IMG/VR virus record: IMGVR_UViG_3300017913_001667
Span: 1 to 26,111 of that record
From: a virus
Taxonomy: Duplodnaviria > Caudoviricetes
Direction: 5' to 3' (one strand)
Length of the DNA: 26,111 bases
The position numbers and the translations under genes were made by a program. The notes beneath the pieces were generated by a model. The model saw nothing but the letters and a program-made list of their open reading frames with translations, had not been told where the DNA came from and searched no databases. This document shows, one piece after another, positions 24,589 through 26,111 of this stretch (position 1 is the first letter of the stretch; each line of letters starts with the position of its first letter).

Positions 24589-25325
24589 TAACGAACGCCT
24601 TCTTTATGATCTTTAAATCTGGACCATGCCACGAGGCCGATGCCTACAATGGTTAGACCCAAGAACACGTACTTAATCGTGTCGCTATAATAAATTAGGT
24701 TCTCAAATTGACTCGCCGCATCCATGACTGCAGTGCCGGCCGTACCAACACCAGCAGCCCCAGCGCCTGCCATCGTCTTTGATTTCTTGAGAGGCTTAGT
24801 GGCAGAAGCTTCTGGCTTCTGGATCATCAGGGCCCCTCCGGAAGATGCTAGGGGCTCGTCCATAGTGAACATGGCAGCCTCTGCAGCACGGCGTCGAGTA
24901 AGACCTTTAAGCTCAGTCTTCTCACCATTCACCGTAGCTTTGTTCCATCGCATAATCTGTTCTGGAACTTCATCGTACCGACCTGCATTCAAAAGCTTAA
25001 GTGCAGTACTAGATTTAAAGTTAGGCTCTCCGATGTTGAAAATAAAACATACGAGAGCATCAAACTGAAGCTGGGTCAGAGGCGCCTTAACGTTCTTTTT
25101 TACTGCTTCCTCTGCCCACTGCAGATCCTGCTTCAGAAAGTCTTCGCATTCTTGCTTGGTGACTTTCATCCCGGACCGGACGCCTTTGATGTGCCCGTAG
25201 CCGATAGTCCACCGCCCAGCAGGGCAGCGGTAGCTACGGACCATCCCGTCCTCAGTTTCTTTGTGCAGACCCTCGAACTTCTTGATCAGGTCTATACCGG
25301 CATCTGACGTCTTATCAGGTGTCAT
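24588..25325 (-). CDS. Endolysin, GH24 phage lysozyme with a C-terminal hydrophobic extension
   Basis: GIDLIKKFEG, YRCPAGRWTIGYGH, QFDALV, RWNKA and GLTRRRAAEA; C-terminal TM YVFLGLTIVGIGLVAW. Confidence 0.93.
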   Translation of the reverse strand: MTPDKTSDAGIDLIKKFEGLHKETEDGMVRSYRCPAGRWTIGYGHIKGVRSGMKVTKQECEDFLKQDLQWAEEAVKKNVKAPLTQLQFDALVCFIFNIGEPNFKSSTALKLLNAGRYDEVPEQIMRWNKATVNGEKTELKGLTRRRAAEAAMFTMDEPLASSGGALMIQKPEASATKPLKKSKTMAGAGAAGVGTAGTAVMDAASQFENLIYYSDTIKYVFLGLTIVGIGLVAWSRFKDHKEGVR

Positions 25326-25329
25326 CTAA

Positions 25330-26111
25330 TTATCCTGTCGTTTGTGCAAAAGGATTAGTCCCGGAAGAAAATGCTGTTCCCGGAGCCATTTGGGTACCAG
25401 AGGTATTGCCCATGTTCTGGGAACTTCCGGGTACGTAGCCAAGATCAGTCAGTTGGCCCATAAGCTGGTTGATATTCAAATTGCCGGAAGCAACCCGCTC
25501 ACCATACTGATTAAATCTAGCCAAGAAGAGGTCACCTTGATCGTCGATGGCACGGGTTATTCTACCGCCTGTCGTCAGAGCAGTCTCGGCAATTAGCGCG
25601 CCTTGCTCATCAAAACTATCGACCATGGTAGAGAACGTATTCCGTACGTCGTCACTGATCTGGATGTTCTGGTCCGTCACGATGTTCTTCATGAAGTCAA
25701 TGCGATTAGTCAGTTCTTGCTTCATGGCTTCATACTGAGGATCTTGGCTCTCGAACCCAGAGGTAACCAGTTGAGCAACCTGAGCAAAATTCATGTCGTT
25801 CAAGGCTTCATTGGCCATTTGCTGAGACTGAACATCTGCTATGCCGTCCACCAGAGAAGCAGTGTTTCTATCGGCGGCAGACATAATTCCGCGCTGGCCA
25901 GTGGCAAGAGTATCCCCCATTCCAGCGATAAGACCGGCAGTCTCGTTGCCCCCGGCTATCACGGTATCGAGCAACTGTGCTTGCTGCTGAGAACTTACGG
26001 TGTTGGCTTGCTCCTGCGCGGCGCGGAAGTCGTCCAGACCAGTCTGTAAGGCTCCCTGACGTTCAGCAGAGGCTGCATTAGAGGCCGCCAGATCTTGATA
26101 GTAATTATCGA
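25330..26111 (-). CDS. Hypothetical virion-associated protein, 5'-truncated by the window edge
   Basis: The frame of track ORF 25330..25974 has no stop up to base 26111 (read manually); Q/A-rich helical composition. Confidence 0.75.
   Translation of the reverse strand, partial: DNYYQDLAASNAASAERQGALQTGLDDFRAAQEQANTVSSQQQAQLLDTVIAGGNETAGLIAGMGDTLATGQRGIMSAADRNTASLVDGIADVQSQQMANEALNDMNFAQVAQLVTSGFESQDPQYEAMKQELTNRIDFMKNIVTDQNIQISDDVRNTFSTMVDSFDEQGALIAETALTTGGRITRAIDDQGDLFLARFNQYGERVASGNLNINQLMGQLTDLGYVPGSSQNMGNTSGTQMAPGTAFSSGTNPFAQTTG

Larger units (their letters stand above)
1..26111. mobile_element. Temperate podovirus genome segment, HMO-2011-type-like (free or excised form more likely than an integrated prophage)
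   Basis: Only phage-type genes are present: integrase, primase, helicase, PolA with DnaJ zinc finger, endonuclease I, RNR, internal virion proteins, lysozyme and spanins. Phage genes lie on both sides of the tRNA-derived att core. Confidence 0.9.

Noticed and set aside
15432-26049. Plus-strand ORFs antisense to the structural arm (e.g. 23367..23765, 24724..25068, 25603..26049)
   Set aside because: Shadow ORFs of long coding frames with no independent support.
1-26111. T7-type phage RNA polymerase promoters
   Set aside because: No recurring 20-23-bp unidirectional motif was seen and no RNAP gene is in the window. The 12-bp motif occurs in both orientations, which fits an operator better.

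Overview
The whole window is a segment of a tailed-phage genome with T7-like gene content, most consistent with the marine HMO-2011-type podoviruses, whose hallmark is a family A DNA polymerase with a DnaJ-type CxxCxGxG zinc-finger insertion. The + strand arm (1-13.8 kb) carries a 5'-truncated tyrosine integrase, a 2OG-Fe(II) oxygenase, an attP-like 41-bp copy of a tRNA 3' end, separate primase and helicase genes, PolA, a probable SSB, a Cas4/AddB-like nuclease, a T7 endonuclease I homolog, DUF3310, MazG, a class II RNR, a SutA-like small protein, a second 2OG oxygenase, and a separately promoted two-gene cassette ending in a SprT-like protease. The convergent - strand arm (13.85-26.1 kb) carries putative internal virion (ejection) proteins, one with an SLT domain and one with a C-terminal S74 autocleavage domain, plus an embedded endolysin/spanin cassette. 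The most notable unexplained signal is a quasi-palindromic 12-bp motif (CAYTARYTARTG-like). It sits in the spacer of three predicted sigma70 promoters (primase, helicase, SSB) and also flanks attP, which suggests one protein couples replication-gene control to integration/excision. All family assignments come from motif recognition by eye; no searches were run.
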